This document shows positions 1-10,426 of a stretch of DNA of 64,000 nt, piece after piece. The position numbers and the translations under genes are program-made. Source of the stretch: Candidatus Bipolaricaulota bacterium (GTDB lineage: Bacteria; Bipolaricaulota; Bipolaricaulia; UBA7950; UBA9294); assembly GCA_040752575.1 (NCBI GenBank), contig JBFMGK010000003.1, forward strand, positions 96,001-160,000, in the 5' to 3' direction. The notes under the pieces were generated by a model that saw only the letters and a program-made list of their open reading frames with translations, was not told the origin of the DNA and made no database searches. The stretch's first letter is position 1; every line of letters starts with the position of its first letter.

Positions 1-637
1 CGCGTGAGCGGAACGTGAAGTTGCGGGGCGTGATCTCGTTGCGGAACGACTTGCCGATCTGTGCGATCCCGAACGGCACCTTCACCCGCGACGTCGAGAC
101 GACGTTCTTGAAGTTCACGAAGATGCCCTGGGCCGTCTCCGGCCGCAGGTAGGCCTCGGCCGCCGGGTCGATGAGCGCGCCAACGTAGGTCTTGAACATC
201 AGATTGAACTCGCGCGGCTCCGTCAGCGCGCAGTCGTCGCCGTCTCCTGGCCTGCGGCTCGGCTTCCTTGGGCACTGGCTGTCTTTCAGCTGATCGGCAC
301 GGAAACGAGCTTTGCACGTCTTGCAGTCGACGAAGAGATCGTAGAACAGGTCGAAATGCCCGCTGGCCTTCCAGACCTGCGGGTGCGTGATGATCGTCGA
401 GTCCAGGCCGACCATCTCGTACGCCGACGGCGCGCCTCCCGGAGCCAGGGTGTCATCGTGGCCGACGACCATGTCGTGCCACCACGCCTCCTTCACATTC
501 CGCTTGAACTCGACGCCGAGAGGACCGTAATCCCAGAAGCCGCCGATCCCCCCATAGATCTCGCTCGACGGAAAGATGAACCCGCGCCGCTTGCACAAGG
601 CGACGACCTTCTCCATGGTTGATGCGTCTTTCTGCAT
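1..637 (-). CDS. glyQS: Glycine--tRNA ligase (alpha2 type), 5' part, truncated by the window edge
   Basis: Manual translation of the minus strand from ATG 637 (GGAGG upstream): [41 protein letters not shown]...[10 protein letters not shown]...[17 protein letters not shown]...[25 protein letters not shown]. These are class II GlyRS motifs. Not in the ORF track because the stop lies outside the window. Confidence 0.95.
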   Translation of the reverse strand, partial: MQKDASTMEKVVALCKRRGFIFPSSEIYGGIGGFWDYGPLGVEFKRNVKEAWWHDMVVGHDDTLAPGGAPSAYEMVGLDSTIITHPQVWKASGHFDLFYDLFVDCKTCKARFRADQLKDSQCPRKPSRRPGDGDDCALTEPREFNLMFKTYVGALIDPAAEAYLRPETAQGIFVNFKNVVSTSRVKVPFGIAQIGKSFRNEITPRNFTFRSR

Positions 638-699
638 GACGTCCTCCGCAAAGCCGGGATGTTCGACGCCGAGAACCGCTCTGGCGACGCAAGGTCGGG

Positions 700-705
700 A
701 TTATA
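700..705 (-). promoter_or_regulatory. Putative -10 box (TATAAT) for glyQS
   Basis: Perfect TATAAT on the minus strand about 60 nt upstream of the glyQS ATG, in a GC-rich background. Confidence 0.55.
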
Positions 706-1110
706 CTGCCCCCAGGGGAGGATCTGAGAGCGTCGAGACGACTGCCGCTGATCCGCCAATGCCCCGCTGCCGACGTTGCCACGGGGCAGGTGTCTGTGCC
801 CGCAGAGGAAGAACGCACGGGCGACGAACCACGAGGAGAAGGAGCTGCGCGATCACCTGACGGAGGCCCATCAATGCCAGGTGACGGCGGGTTAGGACGG
901 CCCGGCGATGACACGAACAACGTGCATGAGCGTCGCCACACGCCGCAGCAGGTTGCTGCGCCAAGGGTCCGACCCACGGTGCAGCGCGGCGGGGGATCTG
1001 CGCCGACGCCAGAGCCGAGCGCCATCGTCAGGCTCATGGCACAAAGCGCTCAGGAGCCTCATGATGTTATGACGCTCTTCTGTTGGCGAAACGCCAAAGG
1101 GAGGCCCCTC

Positions 1111-2082
1111 GTGAAGCGATCTGTCGCTTGGCTTGTTGCGATGGCAGCCGGTCTGTCTCTGTTGCCGGGTTGCCTGGTCTCGCGCGAACGCGTTGGCCTC
1201 AGGGAGCTTGGGACGGCTCGCGTTGGCGTAGGCTACGACGTGCACGTCGACGGGGGCATCGCGTTGCTGTCCCATAATCAAGGTGCAAGCATTCTTGATG
1301 TTGTAGATCCAGCGCGCCCCCGCGAGTTGGGGGTCATACCGACCCACGATGCCTGCTTCGGTGTGTTCCATTGCGGCGCTCGCGCCTACGTGCTCGACCC
1401 ATCTCGCGGACTCCTTGTCGTGGACGTCAGCGACCCCGCGCGCCCAGCGATTCTCGGATCGTGCCGCAGTCCAGGCTCATGGTGCGAACTCGACGCTGCC
1501 GGTGACCATGTGTATCTGGCGAATCGAGATGGGGGGATGGATGTCGTCGATGTTTCGAACCCGACCCATCCGCGTCTCGTCGGCGCGGGCTACGGGGCGG
1601 ATCCGTGCGAGGGCATCTGTGTGCTAGGGGATGTCGCTTACTTGGCGATGGGAGGCGCTGGCGTGCATGTGATCGACATCTTGGATCCGCTGGTTCCTCG
1701 CCTTATCCGTGTTCTTACGGAGCCAAGACCGGCGGTTGGGATTGACGCCAGCGACGGCCTCCTTGCCGTCGCACGTCATGCGAGAGGCGTCTCTGTCTAC
1801 GAAGTCAGTGATCCGCGCTTCCCCCGCTTCCTGGCGGAAGTGTCTTCAAGGCACGAATCGCTCGAAGTGTCCGTTCGCGGCGACATGGTGGCCGTGGCGG
1901 ACAACATGGCGGGGGCCATGATGCTGCGTATCGATGCCAGCCGGCACGTGGTGGGCGTGGGGCAGTACGAGACGGGTGCGGCCACGCACGGCGTCTTCAC
2001 AGACGGGCGCGTCATCTATCTGGCGGATGGGGGCTGCGGCCTGGTCATTCTGGCGCCTCGTTCTGGAGGCCCCTCAGGCTAG
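1111..2082 (+). CDS. LVIVD-repeat beta-propeller lipoprotein
   Basis: Repeats ILDVVDPARP, VVDVSDPARP, VVDVSNPTHP, VIDILDPLVP, VYEVSDPRFP. GTG 1111 follows GGGAGG. N-terminal lipobox-like LLPGC. Confidence 0.8.
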   Translation: MKRSVAWLVAMAAGLSLLPGCLVSRERVGLRELGTARVGVGYDVHVDGGIALLSHNQGASILDVVDPARPRELGVIPTHDACFGVFHCGARAYVLDPSRGLLVVDVSDPARPAILGSCRSPGSWCELDAAGDHVYLANRDGGMDVVDVSNPTHPRLVGAGYGADPCEGICVLGDVAYLAMGGAGVHVIDILDPLVPRLIRVLTEPRPAVGIDASDGLLAVARHARGVSVYEVSDPRFPRFLAEVSSRHESLEVSVRGDMVAVADNMAGAMMLRIDASRHVVGVGQYETGAATHGVFTDGRVIYLADGGCGLVILAPRSGGPSG

Positions 2083-2140
2083 CAGATGCTTCGCGCACGT
2101 GCGTCGAGGCAAACGACTCTCGGCCCAAGAGGCGAGCCTC

Positions 2141-3760
2141 CTATGGGTCCGTGGCTTCGATGTACGCCAGAACCCGCTCCAGGGCATGAGCGGGATCAAC
2201 CCAAAGGTCCGGCGGAATGCCAATCCCCTCGCGACCGGCTTCGATGTCCTTTAGCGTAATCCCGATGGCAAGCACAAACGGCAGGCGCGAGTTGGGCAGC
2301 CTTCCCCACGCGGGGCTTCCGGAAACGGTCAGCCCCTCCGTGTTCTCACCAACCAGGATGACGTTCTCGAACTGGCGTAACGCGTTGACGAATTCCTCGC
2401 CAGCTGATCCCGTCTCCGCATCAATCAGTACGAACAGCGTCGTGTCGTTGGGCAGAGCCTCTGGCTCATCGTCCATCTCGCCAGCCAACACCCAGGCGTT
2501 CGCCGCGGTCCGACGATGCATTTCCAGATCCTCGATCGTCGCGTCGAGATAGGCCAGTACCTCGCGGAGCTGAGTCTCATGGGCTGCCAGGTAGTCTTCG
2601 ACGAAGCAGCGATGAAGGCGAAGCGAGGTCGGAGTATGAAGCTCGGCCCACCGCGTGTCGCAGGCAAACGCCCGACCCATGAACTCCTCCGTCCACGCAC
2701 GTCCGTACTCGGCCTGGCCACCCTCGTGATTGCGCAGATCGAGGATGGCCACCGGGTACTCAGCGCAACGGCTTGCTTCGTCGACCATTCGTCGCAAGGC
2801 GGCCACTGCTTCCGGGCTCGATGGAACGCCGCTGCGGTTAATGACGATGGGAACGCCACGCACAACGGACATTGCGTAGGCCGTACTCGCCGGGAATCGC
2901 AGGTCGCGCATCGTCTCAGTCCACCACGTGCCGCTCTGACGCGTGAGCACGGCCGAACGCCCAAAGGTCTGGCCGGACACAGTCAACGTGAGTTCCGTGC
3001 GGATCCGTGTCTCAGGCCGTGCACTCAACACCGACAAGATGTAGATGAGCCGACCCCGTTCATCCAGAGAGAGCGATAGCAGTTCCTCAGGCGCGCGACC
3101 GTCGACCGCAACGAGCGACACGCGGCCGGCGAGGGTGTTGAGCGCATCCCCAAGAGATGTGAGCGGTTGGCGGAGAACGTAGAAGCCCTCGGCATCGCGA
3201 GCGAACTCGTAGCGATCGTTGCGGAACCAGTATTGCCTCTGGTAGAGCGGGGTCCCGGCAAACTTGGCATGGCCATCCTGGATGAACGCGAGGTGATGGA
3301 GGATTCGATCGCGCAACGCGGATACGCGGATCCGAGACTCGCTGCCCATCGACGCCACTTCGTCCAGCAGATCCGTGCGCGCCCCGTCGAACGTCTCATC
3401 GCCGCCGAATAGCTGATAGAGCGCGTACCCGTACTTGAGCATCTCGAACAGGAACCTGATGTCCTCACGTGCCTGCTCCCTGGTGATCCAGGCCGGGGAA
3501 GGCTTGTCCGTGGCCACGATGCGCGACGTCACGCCAGGGTCGCCGAACGACGTGTAGTCATATAGCAGGGACTCCGGTGGCGAGACGGACGGCCACGAGG
3601 TTGTTCGACTCTCCGCTACGGTGCGCGAGAGGTCCTGCGCCATCACCTCGGCTGATGCTGCGCCAGACACCTCGTGGACAACGTTCAGCCGAGAGCTAAG
3701 GAGTGTGATCCAGGACAAGGCGACGATGATCCAAATGTGCAACGCGCACCTCTTCAACAC
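2141..3760 (-). CDS. S41-family peptidase (start uncertain; ORF open to 3871)
   Basis: ILDLRNHEGG, VLIDAETGSAGEEF, VGENTEG and GIPPDLWV motifs; N-terminal hydrophobic segment. Confidence 0.8.
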   Translation of the reverse strand: MLKRCALHIWIIVALSWITLLSSRLNVVHEVSGAASAEVMAQDLSRTVAESRTTSWPSVSPPESLLYDYTSFGDPGVTSRIVATDKPSPAWITREQAREDIRFLFEMLKYGYALYQLFGGDETFDGARTDLLDEVASMGSESRIRVSALRDRILHHLAFIQDGHAKFAGTPLYQRQYWFRNDRYEFARDAEGFYVLRQPLTSLGDALNTLAGRVSLVAVDGRAPEELLSLSLDERGRLIYILSVLSARPETRIRTELTLTVSGQTFGRSAVLTRQSGTWWTETMRDLRFPASTAYAMSVVRGVPIVINRSGVPSSPEAVAALRRMVDEASRCAEYPVAILDLRNHEGGQAEYGRAWTEEFMGRAFACDTRWAELHTPTSLRLHRCFVEDYLAAHETQLREVLAYLDATIEDLEMHRRTAANAWVLAGEMDDEPEALPNDTTLFVLIDAETGSAGEEFVNALRQFENVILVGENTEGLTVSGSPAWGRLPNSRLPFVLAIGITLKDIEAGREGIGIPPDLWVDPAHALERVLAYIEATDP

Positions 3761-4020
3761 TCGCGGACGGGTGTCCAGAGTCCTTGAGATGGCAGGCCCC
3801 GCCACCAACGCGCTGAACCAGCGCAGCACTCCCTCACCCACGCTCGCGTGCGGCTGCCCTGCCCTGTCCAAGGTGACGCCCTGATCATACCGTCAGGACA
3901 GACGCTTTGTCCGGACGGCAGCCGTCCCGCGATGCGGCGCGCGTTGCGGTGCCCTCCTTCTTTGGTCCCCTACAAGCTTCTGCGGTTCTGAGTTCCCGTC
4001 CGATCGTGCTGCAAAGCGAC

Positions 4021-4779
4021 CTAGGCTTGGATGCGTTGGAGGAAGTTGCGCACGAGGGGAACGACGAGGTCCGGGCGCTCGATCGTTTGCCCGTGCGTGA
4101 GGCCGGGGAGCGATACGAACTGGGCATTCTCGATCCGGTGCGTCGCCTTCTCGGCCAGCGCGTGCACTTCGTCGCTTGCACCGGCGAAGAGGAGGCACGG
4201 GACGCGGATCCCTGAAAGGGCGGACTCAAGGGTGTCTCGATCCCGGGCGGCGGCTCGCATCGCGGCGACGTCGAACCTCCGGACTCGTTCCTTCTCCGCG
4301 AGACGCAACGGTCGAACCTCGCGCTCCCAGAGGTCGATGAACGCCTGCGCGCCCTTCTCCTCCCCGATGCGAAGCCAGGCGCGCGCCCCCTCCATTGTCT
4401 GGGCGTACGGGTGCTGGCCGCCGAGGAGGAACGCGCGGAAGCGGTGCGGAGCCCACCTCGCACAGGCAAACCCGATCCAGCCGCCCATCGAGAACCCGAA
4501 GAACGCCGCGCGATCGACTCCCGTTGCATCCAGCACCGCGACGACGTCGGCGACGCGCGGCTCCGGGCGGTACGAGGCCCCGTCGTGCGGCGCGTCGCTT
4601 CCCCCGTGTCCGCGGGAGTCGATGAGGATGAGGCGGTGTTCCGAGGCCAGGGCGTCGACGTAGCCCAGCTCGTACCACGCGTCGAGGGACGAGAAGGTCC
4701 AGTGATGAAGGAACAGAGCGGGCCCCGCTCCCTCGACTTCGTAGTGGACCCGTACGTCGCCGTTCATCGCGTAGGGCAT
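4021..4779 (-). CDS. Alpha/beta-fold hydrolase
   Basis: DSRGHGGSD, nucleophile elbow GFSMGG, catalytic His region GLTHG; ATG 4779 follows GAGGAGG. Confidence 0.9.
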   Translation of the reverse strand: MPYAMNGDVRVHYEVEGAGPALFLHHWTFSSLDAWYELGYVDALASEHRLILIDSRGHGGSDAPHDGASYRPEPRVADVVAVLDATGVDRAAFFGFSMGGWIGFACARWAPHRFRAFLLGGQHPYAQTMEGARAWLRIGEEKGAQAFIDLWEREVRPLRLAEKERVRRFDVAAMRAAARDRDTLESALSGIRVPCLLFAGASDEVHALAEKATHRIENAQFVSLPGLTHGQTIERPDLVVPLVRNFLQRIQA

Positions 4780-4822
4780 CGACTCCTCCTCGAATCGGGC
4801 GATCCTACGTCGCAACGTCGCC

Positions 4823-5317
4823 CTACGCCAAAGGCTCTTCGATCGGCGTGAAGCCGAGCTGTCGGTACAAGCTTCGTGCGGGCTCGTTGCCGTCGGTGAC
4901 GACGAGCGTCAGGCGCTCGAAGCCCGCGTCGAGGAGGGCGTTCATCGACCGCTCGAGGGCATGACGTGCGAGCCCGCGGCGCTTGGCTTCGGGGCGGGTC
5001 ATGAGGAAGACGACGAGCGGCGCGTCGTGCGGATCGAAGAAGGTGACGAGACAGGCCGAGACGAGAAACTCGCCCTCTTCGACGACGAAGGAACACGCGG
5101 GGAGGAAGCGCCCGTAGTCGCCGCGGAACGTCTTCTCGATCTCGACGAGCGCGTCGGCGAACGAGTCGCCTTCGTCGTCGATCGTCCCTCGATAGGCGGC
5201 GAAGAGGAGGATGGCGAGCGCTTCCTTGTCGCTCGAGGAGACGGCGCGCGAGACGTCGGAGCTTGGGGGAGTCCGGCGCACAAGAGCCGCCTCCATCGGA
5301 GTGCGCCGTCGCGTCAT
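4823..5317 (-). CDS. GNAT-family N-acetyltransferase
   Basis: Acetyl-CoA motif A (TRPEAKRRGLA) and NEPARSLYRQLGF. Confidence 0.85.
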   Translation of the reverse strand: MTRRRTPMEAALVRRTPPSSDVSRAVSSSDKEALAILLFAAYRGTIDDEGDSFADALVEIEKTFRGDYGRFLPACSFVVEEGEFLVSACLVTFFDPHDAPLVVFLMTRPEAKRRGLARHALERSMNALLDAGFERLTLVVTDGNEPARSLYRQLGFTPIEEPLA

Positions 5318-7521
5318 CGCGCTGCCGGCCCCTTCCGGGGTTGGCCTCGCTTCGACTCGACCTTGCCGTTCGCCGACGCGGCGTCGCGCGGCTTGCGCAG
5401 CGACAGGGAGATCCTTCGCCGTTCGACGTCGACCTCGAGGACGAACGCGGTCACGCGCTGACCGACCTTCACGACCTTCGACGGATGCTCGACAAAGCAG
5501 TCAGCAAGCTGACTTACGTGGACGAGCCCGTCCTGGTGGACGCCGACGTCGACGAACGCGCCGAAGTCCACGACATTCGTCACGATGCCCGGCAGCTTCA
5601 TCCCCACGGCAAGGTCGGCGATCTCGTGGACGTCTTCCGAGAACGCGAAGGCTTCGAACCGTTCGCGAGGGTCGCGCCCCGGCCTGGCCAACTCGGCCAT
5701 GATGTCTGTCAGCGTTGGCAACCCCACGGTATCGGTTACGTAGCGATCTGGTTCAATCCGCGCCCGCAGCTCGGGATCGTGCAGGAGGTCCTCAACTCGG
5801 CAGCCGAGGTCCGTCGCCATACGCTGGACGACGGCATACCGCTCGGGGTGGACGGCGCTCGCGTCGAGCGGGTTCTCGCCGCCGTGGATGCGCAGGAAGC
5901 CCGCAGACTGCTCGAAGGCCTTCGGCCCAAGTCGCGGTACCTTCTTCAGGTCGGCGCGACGCCGGAACGGTCCCTGCTCGTCACGATGCTTGACGATCGT
6001 CTCGGCCAACTTCGGCCCCAATCCCGAGACCCGGGCGAGAAGAGGAGCGCTTGCGGTGTTGACCTCGACGCCGACGGCATTCACGCACTGCTCGACGGCA
6101 TCGTCGAGACTCTGCCGTAGAAGTGTCTGATCTACGTCATGCTGATACTGTCCGACGCCGATCGCCTTCGGGTCGATCTTGACCAACTCGGCCAGAGGAT
6201 CCAAGAGGCGCCGCCCGATCGAGACCGCACCGCGCACCGTGACATCCTTGTCCGGAAACTCGCTGCGGGCGATCTCCGACGCCGAGTAGACGGAGGCGCC
6301 GCTCTCGTTCACCAGGACGACCGGGATCGCGCGGTGGAAGTCGATCGTGCGCACGAACGCCTCCGTCTCGCGGCTTCCCGTCCCGTTGCCTACGGCGATC
6401 GCTTCGATCGCGTGGGTCGTGACGAGACCGACGAGGGTTCTGCGAGCGTCGGACCGCTGGTTCTCCGAACCCGTCGGGTAGATCACCGCGTCGGCGATGA
6501 GCTTGCCCTGCGCGTCAAGACAGACGACCTTGCCACCGGTTCTGTACCCGGGATCGATTGCGAGAACGCGCTTCTGCCCGAGGGGCGGAGCCAAAAGGAG
6601 CTGTCGGACGTTGGCGGCGAAGACGGCCACCGCCTCGCGGTCGGCCTTCTCCTTGAGTTCGTTGCGAACCTCGGTCTCGATCGAGGGTGCCAGGAGCCGC
6701 TTGTACGCGTCTTCGACCGCGAGGGCGACCTGTTCGCCGCACGGATGCGCGCCGCGGACGAACCGGTGGCGCAGGAATCCTATGGCTGCGGGCTCTTCGG
6801 GGCGTACCGACAGGCGGACGATCCCCTCGCGCTCGGCGCGCAACAGGGCCAGCACGCGATGGCTGGGTGCCTCGGCGACGGGTTCGCTCCAATCGAAGTA
6901 GTCGCGGTAGGTCGCTCCCTCGGTCTCACGGCCGGGAACGACGGTCGAGCGGATCGTGGCGCGCCGTGTGAACAACGTCCGGATCTCCGCCCGCGCGTCG
7001 GCCGTCTCGCTGACGATCTCCGCGACGATGTCGCGCGCCCCTTGGAGAGCCTCGTCCGCATCGGCCACGCCTCCCTGGGGGTTCACGAAAGCCTCCGCCG
7101 CGCGGCGGGGGTCCACCGTCGGCTCCCCCGCGAGCAAGACGTGCGCGAGAGGTTCGAGCCCCCGTTCGCGAGCCACCATTGCCCGCGTTCGGCGTTTGGG
7201 ACGGTAGGGCAAGTAGAGATCCTCGAGCGAGGCTAGATTCGCGGCAGCGTCGATGGCGGTCTGCAGGGCCTCGCTGAGCAGGCCGCGTTCGTCGAGCGAA
7301 GAGCGAATGGCCTCTTTGCGCTCCTCGAGGGCCGCAAGTTGGGTGAGTCGGTCTCGGATCTTCGCGATGGCTGCGTCGTCGAGCGAGCCGGTTCTCTCTT
7401 TGCGGTAGCGGGCGATGAACGGCACGGTGGCCCCCTCGCGGAGGAGAGAGCCTACGGCCGCAACGCGGTCCGCCGAGATCCCGAGCTCCTCGGCGACACG
7501 ATGCTCGGAGCTCTTCGTCAA
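5314..7521 (-). CDS. tex: Tex-family RNA-binding transcriptional accessory protein
   Basis: EGATVPFIARYRKERTG, YqgF domain LAIDPGYRTG, GVGQYQHDV, HhH motifs and C-terminal S1 domain (FGAFVDVGVHQDGLVHVSQL). Confidence 0.95.
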   Translation of the reverse strand: MTKSSEHRVAEELGISADRVAAVGSLLREGATVPFIARYRKERTGSLDDAAIAKIRDRLTQLAALEERKEAIRSSLDERGLLSEALQTAIDAAANLASLEDLYLPYRPKRRTRAMVARERGLEPLAHVLLAGEPTVDPRRAAEAFVNPQGGVADADEALQGARDIVAEIVSETADARAEIRTLFTRRATIRSTVVPGRETEGATYRDYFDWSEPVAEAPSHRVLALLRAEREGIVRLSVRPEEPAAIGFLRHRFVRGAHPCGEQVALAVEDAYKRLLAPSIETEVRNELKEKADREAVAVFAANVRQLLLAPPLGQKRVLAIDPGYRTGGKVVCLDAQGKLIADAVIYPTGSENQRSDARRTLVGLVTTHAIEAIAVGNGTGSRETEAFVRTIDFHRAIPVVLVNESGASVYSASEIARSEFPDKDVTVRGAVSIGRRLLDPLAELVKIDPKAIGVGQYQHDVDQTLLRQSLDDAVEQCVNAVGVEVNTASAPLLARVSGLGPKLAETIVKHRDEQGPFRRRADLKKVPRLGPKAFEQSAGFLRIHGGENPLDASAVHPERYAVVQRMATDLGCRVEDLLHDPELRARIEPDRYVTDTVGLPTLTDIMAELARPGRDPRERFEAFAFSEDVHEIADLAVGMKLPGIVTNVVDFGAFVDVGVHQDGLVHVSQLADCFVEHPSKVVKVGQRVTAFVLEVDVERRRISLSLRKPRDAASANGKVESKRGQPRKGPAAR

Positions 7522-8117
7522 GCACGTCTCCGAGCCTTGGCTGTCGACTCACGCCGATCCGTCCGCAAGAGGCCGTACAGCAGGAGGTCATACCTCTTGC
7601 TGTCTCGCTCGCCGAATTCGCGGTAGGTTCCCTCGTGCACGAAGCCGAGGTGCTCGTACATGGCGATGGCCCGCGGGTTGTAGTCGATGACGGTGAGCTG
7701 CAGTCGATGCAGGTTCAGCTCTTCGAACGCGTAGTCCACGAGGATTTGCATCGCCTCTCTGCCGTACCCGTGTCCCCAGTCCGATCGCTCGCCCAACCCG
7801 ATACCGACCCAAGCGGTTCGATTCGCCCACTCCACGTCGAACAGCCCGACCGTCCCGATCAACGCGTCGTCGGACTTACGGCGGATTCCGAACGAGAAGG
7901 TCGTCGAAGAATCTCGGTCGTGCTCAATGTCGTCGGCGATCTCCTCTTCGGTCTCGGGACGCGCCATGTTCGTGTCTTGGAGGCGCAAGTACCCCCCGTC
8001 TTCTGTCCAGCGGGCCACGACGGCCGCGTCCTCCTTATGGAGAGGGGCGAGGCGAACCGTCGTTCCGGCGAACACGTTGCGGTCGATCGCCCCGTTCCTT
8101 TCTTCGACGTGCTCCAT
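7518..8117 (-). CDS. RimJ/RimL-type GNAT acetyltransferase
   Basis: [10 protein letters not shown]...[35 protein letters not shown] 8117 lies 7 nt after a TATCCT box. Confidence 0.88.
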   Translation of the reverse strand: MEHVEERNGAIDRNVFAGTTVRLAPLHKEDAAVVARWTEDGGYLRLQDTNMARPETEEEIADDIEHDRDSSTTFSFGIRRKSDDALIGTVGLFDVEWANRTAWVGIGLGERSDWGHGYGREAMQILVDYAFEELNLHRLQLTVIDYNPRAIAMYEHLGFVHEGTYREFGERDSKRYDLLLYGLLRTDRRESTAKARRRA

Positions 8118-8298
8118 GGCGAAGAGGATAGCGCGCGCGGCTCCCCAAATCGACGGGACGACGGCTCGCCCGCTGCTGAGGAGGCGACGAGTTGACGGAG
8201 AACGAAGGGGAGCGTACCGTTGCTGCAGCGTGATTGGCTTCGGACCGCCCGTGTGCGCACGGGCGGTTTGCTTCGGCCTGCCGCACGGAGAGGACGAC

Positions 8299-10386
8299 AT
8301 GGGACAGGACGTGGGGATCGACAGAATGCGCAACGTGGGCATCATGGCTCACATCGACGCGGGGAAGACGACGGTGAGCGAGCGAATTCTCTTCTTCACC
8401 GGGAAGCGTCACAAGTTGGGCGAGGTGCACGACGGCGAGGCGAAGATGGACTGGATGATCCAGGAGCAGGAGCGCGGGATCACCATCACCTCGGCGGCGA
8501 CGACGACCTATTGGCGGGGACATCGCATCAACTTGATCGACACGCCGGGACACGTCGACTTCACGGCCGAGGTGGAGCGGAGCCTGCGCGTCCTCGATGG
8601 CACCGTCGCGCTGTTCTGCGCCGTGGGCGGAGTACAGCCTCAGGCGGAGACCGTCTGGCGGCAGGCCGATAAGTATGGCGTTCCGCGGATTGCCTTCGTC
8701 AACAAGATGGACCGCACGGGGGCCGACTTCGAGCGCGTCGTCGCCGAGATTCGCGAGGAACTAGGAGCGAACGCTGTTCCTGTCGTAATTCCTATCGGCG
8801 CGGAAGGCGAGTTTCGCGGACTCATCGACCTTGTCGACATGAGAGCCGTGTACTTCGACGAGGGACCAAGTGGGGTCATCCTGCGCGAGGAGGAGATCCC
8901 CACGGGCCTTCTCGAAGAGGCGCAGGCGGCGGAAGCCCTGATGATCGAGAAGGCCAGCGAACAGGACGACGGGCTGATGCAGAAGTTCATCGACGGGATC
9001 GTGCCGACCCGGGAAGAAGTCGTGCGGGTCATCCGTCGAGCGACGATCGCGGGCCGGTTCATCCCGGTTCTCTGCGGCGCCGCGTTCAAGAACAAGGGCG
9101 TGCGGCGCCTGCTGGATGCGATCGTCGACTACCTCCCGTCCCCGCTCGACCTTCCGCCGGTCGTGGGTGTGGGGCCCGAAGACGAGGAACTCCTTCGTCA
9201 CCCGCGAGACGATGCGCCCTTGGCCGCCCTGGCGTTCAAGATTCAGTCTGATCGTCACATGGGCAAGCTGACGTACGTGCGCGTCTATTCCGGGACGCTG
9301 CAGAACGGCACGACGCTCTACAATTCGTCGGTGGACAAGACGCAACGCGTGGGTCGCTTGTTTGAGATGCACGCGAACGACCGTGAGCCTGTCGACGCGT
9401 TGCGCGCCGGAGAAGTCGGCGCCATCGTTGGGCTCGCCGACACCCTGACGGGGAACACGTTGTGCAGTCGTGAGCATCCGATCGTCCTCGAATCGATCGA
9501 GTTCCCGACGCCCGTCATCGGAGTCGCCGTCAAGCCGGAATCGCGCGACGATCGCGACAAGCTGTCCGCCGCGCTGCATCGGCTTGCGGAAGAGGATCCG
9601 ACGTTCGTCGTCCGCTCGAACGCGGAGACCGGCGACGTTGTCATCTCGGGAATGGGGGAACTGCACCTGGAGATCATCGTCGATCGTCTTCGACGCGAGT
9701 TTGGCGTCGGCGTACGATCGGACCGCCCGCAAGTTGCCTATCGCGAGACCATCCTCTCCCCGGTCGCGCACGAGTATCGCCACGTGAAGCAGACGGGTGG
9801 GCGGGGGCAGTATGCCCACATCGTCTTCCGGGTCGAGCCGTCCGACCCCGGGACGGGGTTCCAGTTCGAGGATGAGGTGACGGGAGGGAAGATCTCACGC
9901 GAGTACCTCGCTGCTGCAGAGAGAGGCATTCTCGAGGAGATGGCGGAGGGCCCCTATGCCGGGTTCCCCATGGTCGACATTCGGGTGACGATCGAGGACG
10001 GCTCGATGCATGAAGTCGATTCCTCGGAACAGGCGTTTCGAACCTGCGGCCGAATGGGGTTTCGCGAGGCCTGCTTGGCATCCGGCCTGGAGTTGCTCGA
10101 GCCGATCATGGGAGTCGAGGTGACCGTCCCCGAGGAGCAGACCGGACCCGTGACCGGCAATCTCTGCAGCAAGCGCGGTCGGATTACCGGGATGGAATCG
10201 CGAGGAACGTCGGCCATTTTGCGCGCTCTGGTTCCGCTGGCCGAGATGTTTGGGTACGCCTCGGAGATCCGCAACCTGACGAGCGGACGCGGCACGTTCA
10301 CGATGCAGTTTGAGCACTACGAGGCTGTCCCCTACGCGATCTCCGAGCAGATCGTCGAAGAACGCCGCGCCGCACGGCGGGGGTAG
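8299..10386 (+). CDS. fusA: Elongation factor G (not in an str operon)
   Basis: [32 protein letters not shown] and KQTGGRGQY; 695 aa from ATG 8299 with GGAGAGG upstream. Confidence 0.95.
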   Translation: MGQDVGIDRMRNVGIMAHIDAGKTTVSERILFFTGKRHKLGEVHDGEAKMDWMIQEQERGITITSAATTTYWRGHRINLIDTPGHVDFTAEVERSLRVLDGTVALFCAVGGVQPQAETVWRQADKYGVPRIAFVNKMDRTGADFERVVAEIREELGANAVPVVIPIGAEGEFRGLIDLVDMRAVYFDEGPSGVILREEEIPTGLLEEAQAAEALMIEKASEQDDGLMQKFIDGIVPTREEVVRVIRRATIAGRFIPVLCGAAFKNKGVRRLLDAIVDYLPSPLDLPPVVGVGPEDEELLRHPRDDAPLAALAFKIQSDRHMGKLTYVRVYSGTLQNGTTLYNSSVDKTQRVGRLFEMHANDREPVDALRAGEVGAIVGLADTLTGNTLCSREHPIVLESIEFPTPVIGVAVKPESRDDRDKLSAALHRLAEEDPTFVVRSNAETGDVVISGMGELHLEIIVDRLRREFGVGVRSDRPQVAYRETILSPVAHEYRHVKQTGGRGQYAHIVFRVEPSDPGTGFQFEDEVTGGKISREYLAAAERGILEEMAEGPYAGFPMVDIRVTIEDGSMHEVDSSEQAFRTCGRMGFREACLASGLELLEPIMGVEVTVPEEQTGPVTGNLCSKRGRITGMESRGTSAILRALVPLAEMFGYASEIRNLTSGRGTFTMQFEHYEAVPYAISEQIVEERRAARRG

Positions 10387-10426
10387 CTGGCGCCCGGATT
10401 GCGAATCGGTTCGGTACAATCCGCGC

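Noticed and set aside
880..1080. Integron attC-like sites (GTTAGGA at ~891, GTTATGA at ~1066) upstream of the LVIVD gene
   Set aside because: No convincing RYYYAAC partner or paired L boxes, no repeat after the gene, and no integrase in the window
7927..8298. 124-aa N-terminal extension of EF-G in the ORF track
   Set aside because: Overlaps the divergent GNAT gene; the RBS and family alignment support ATG 8299
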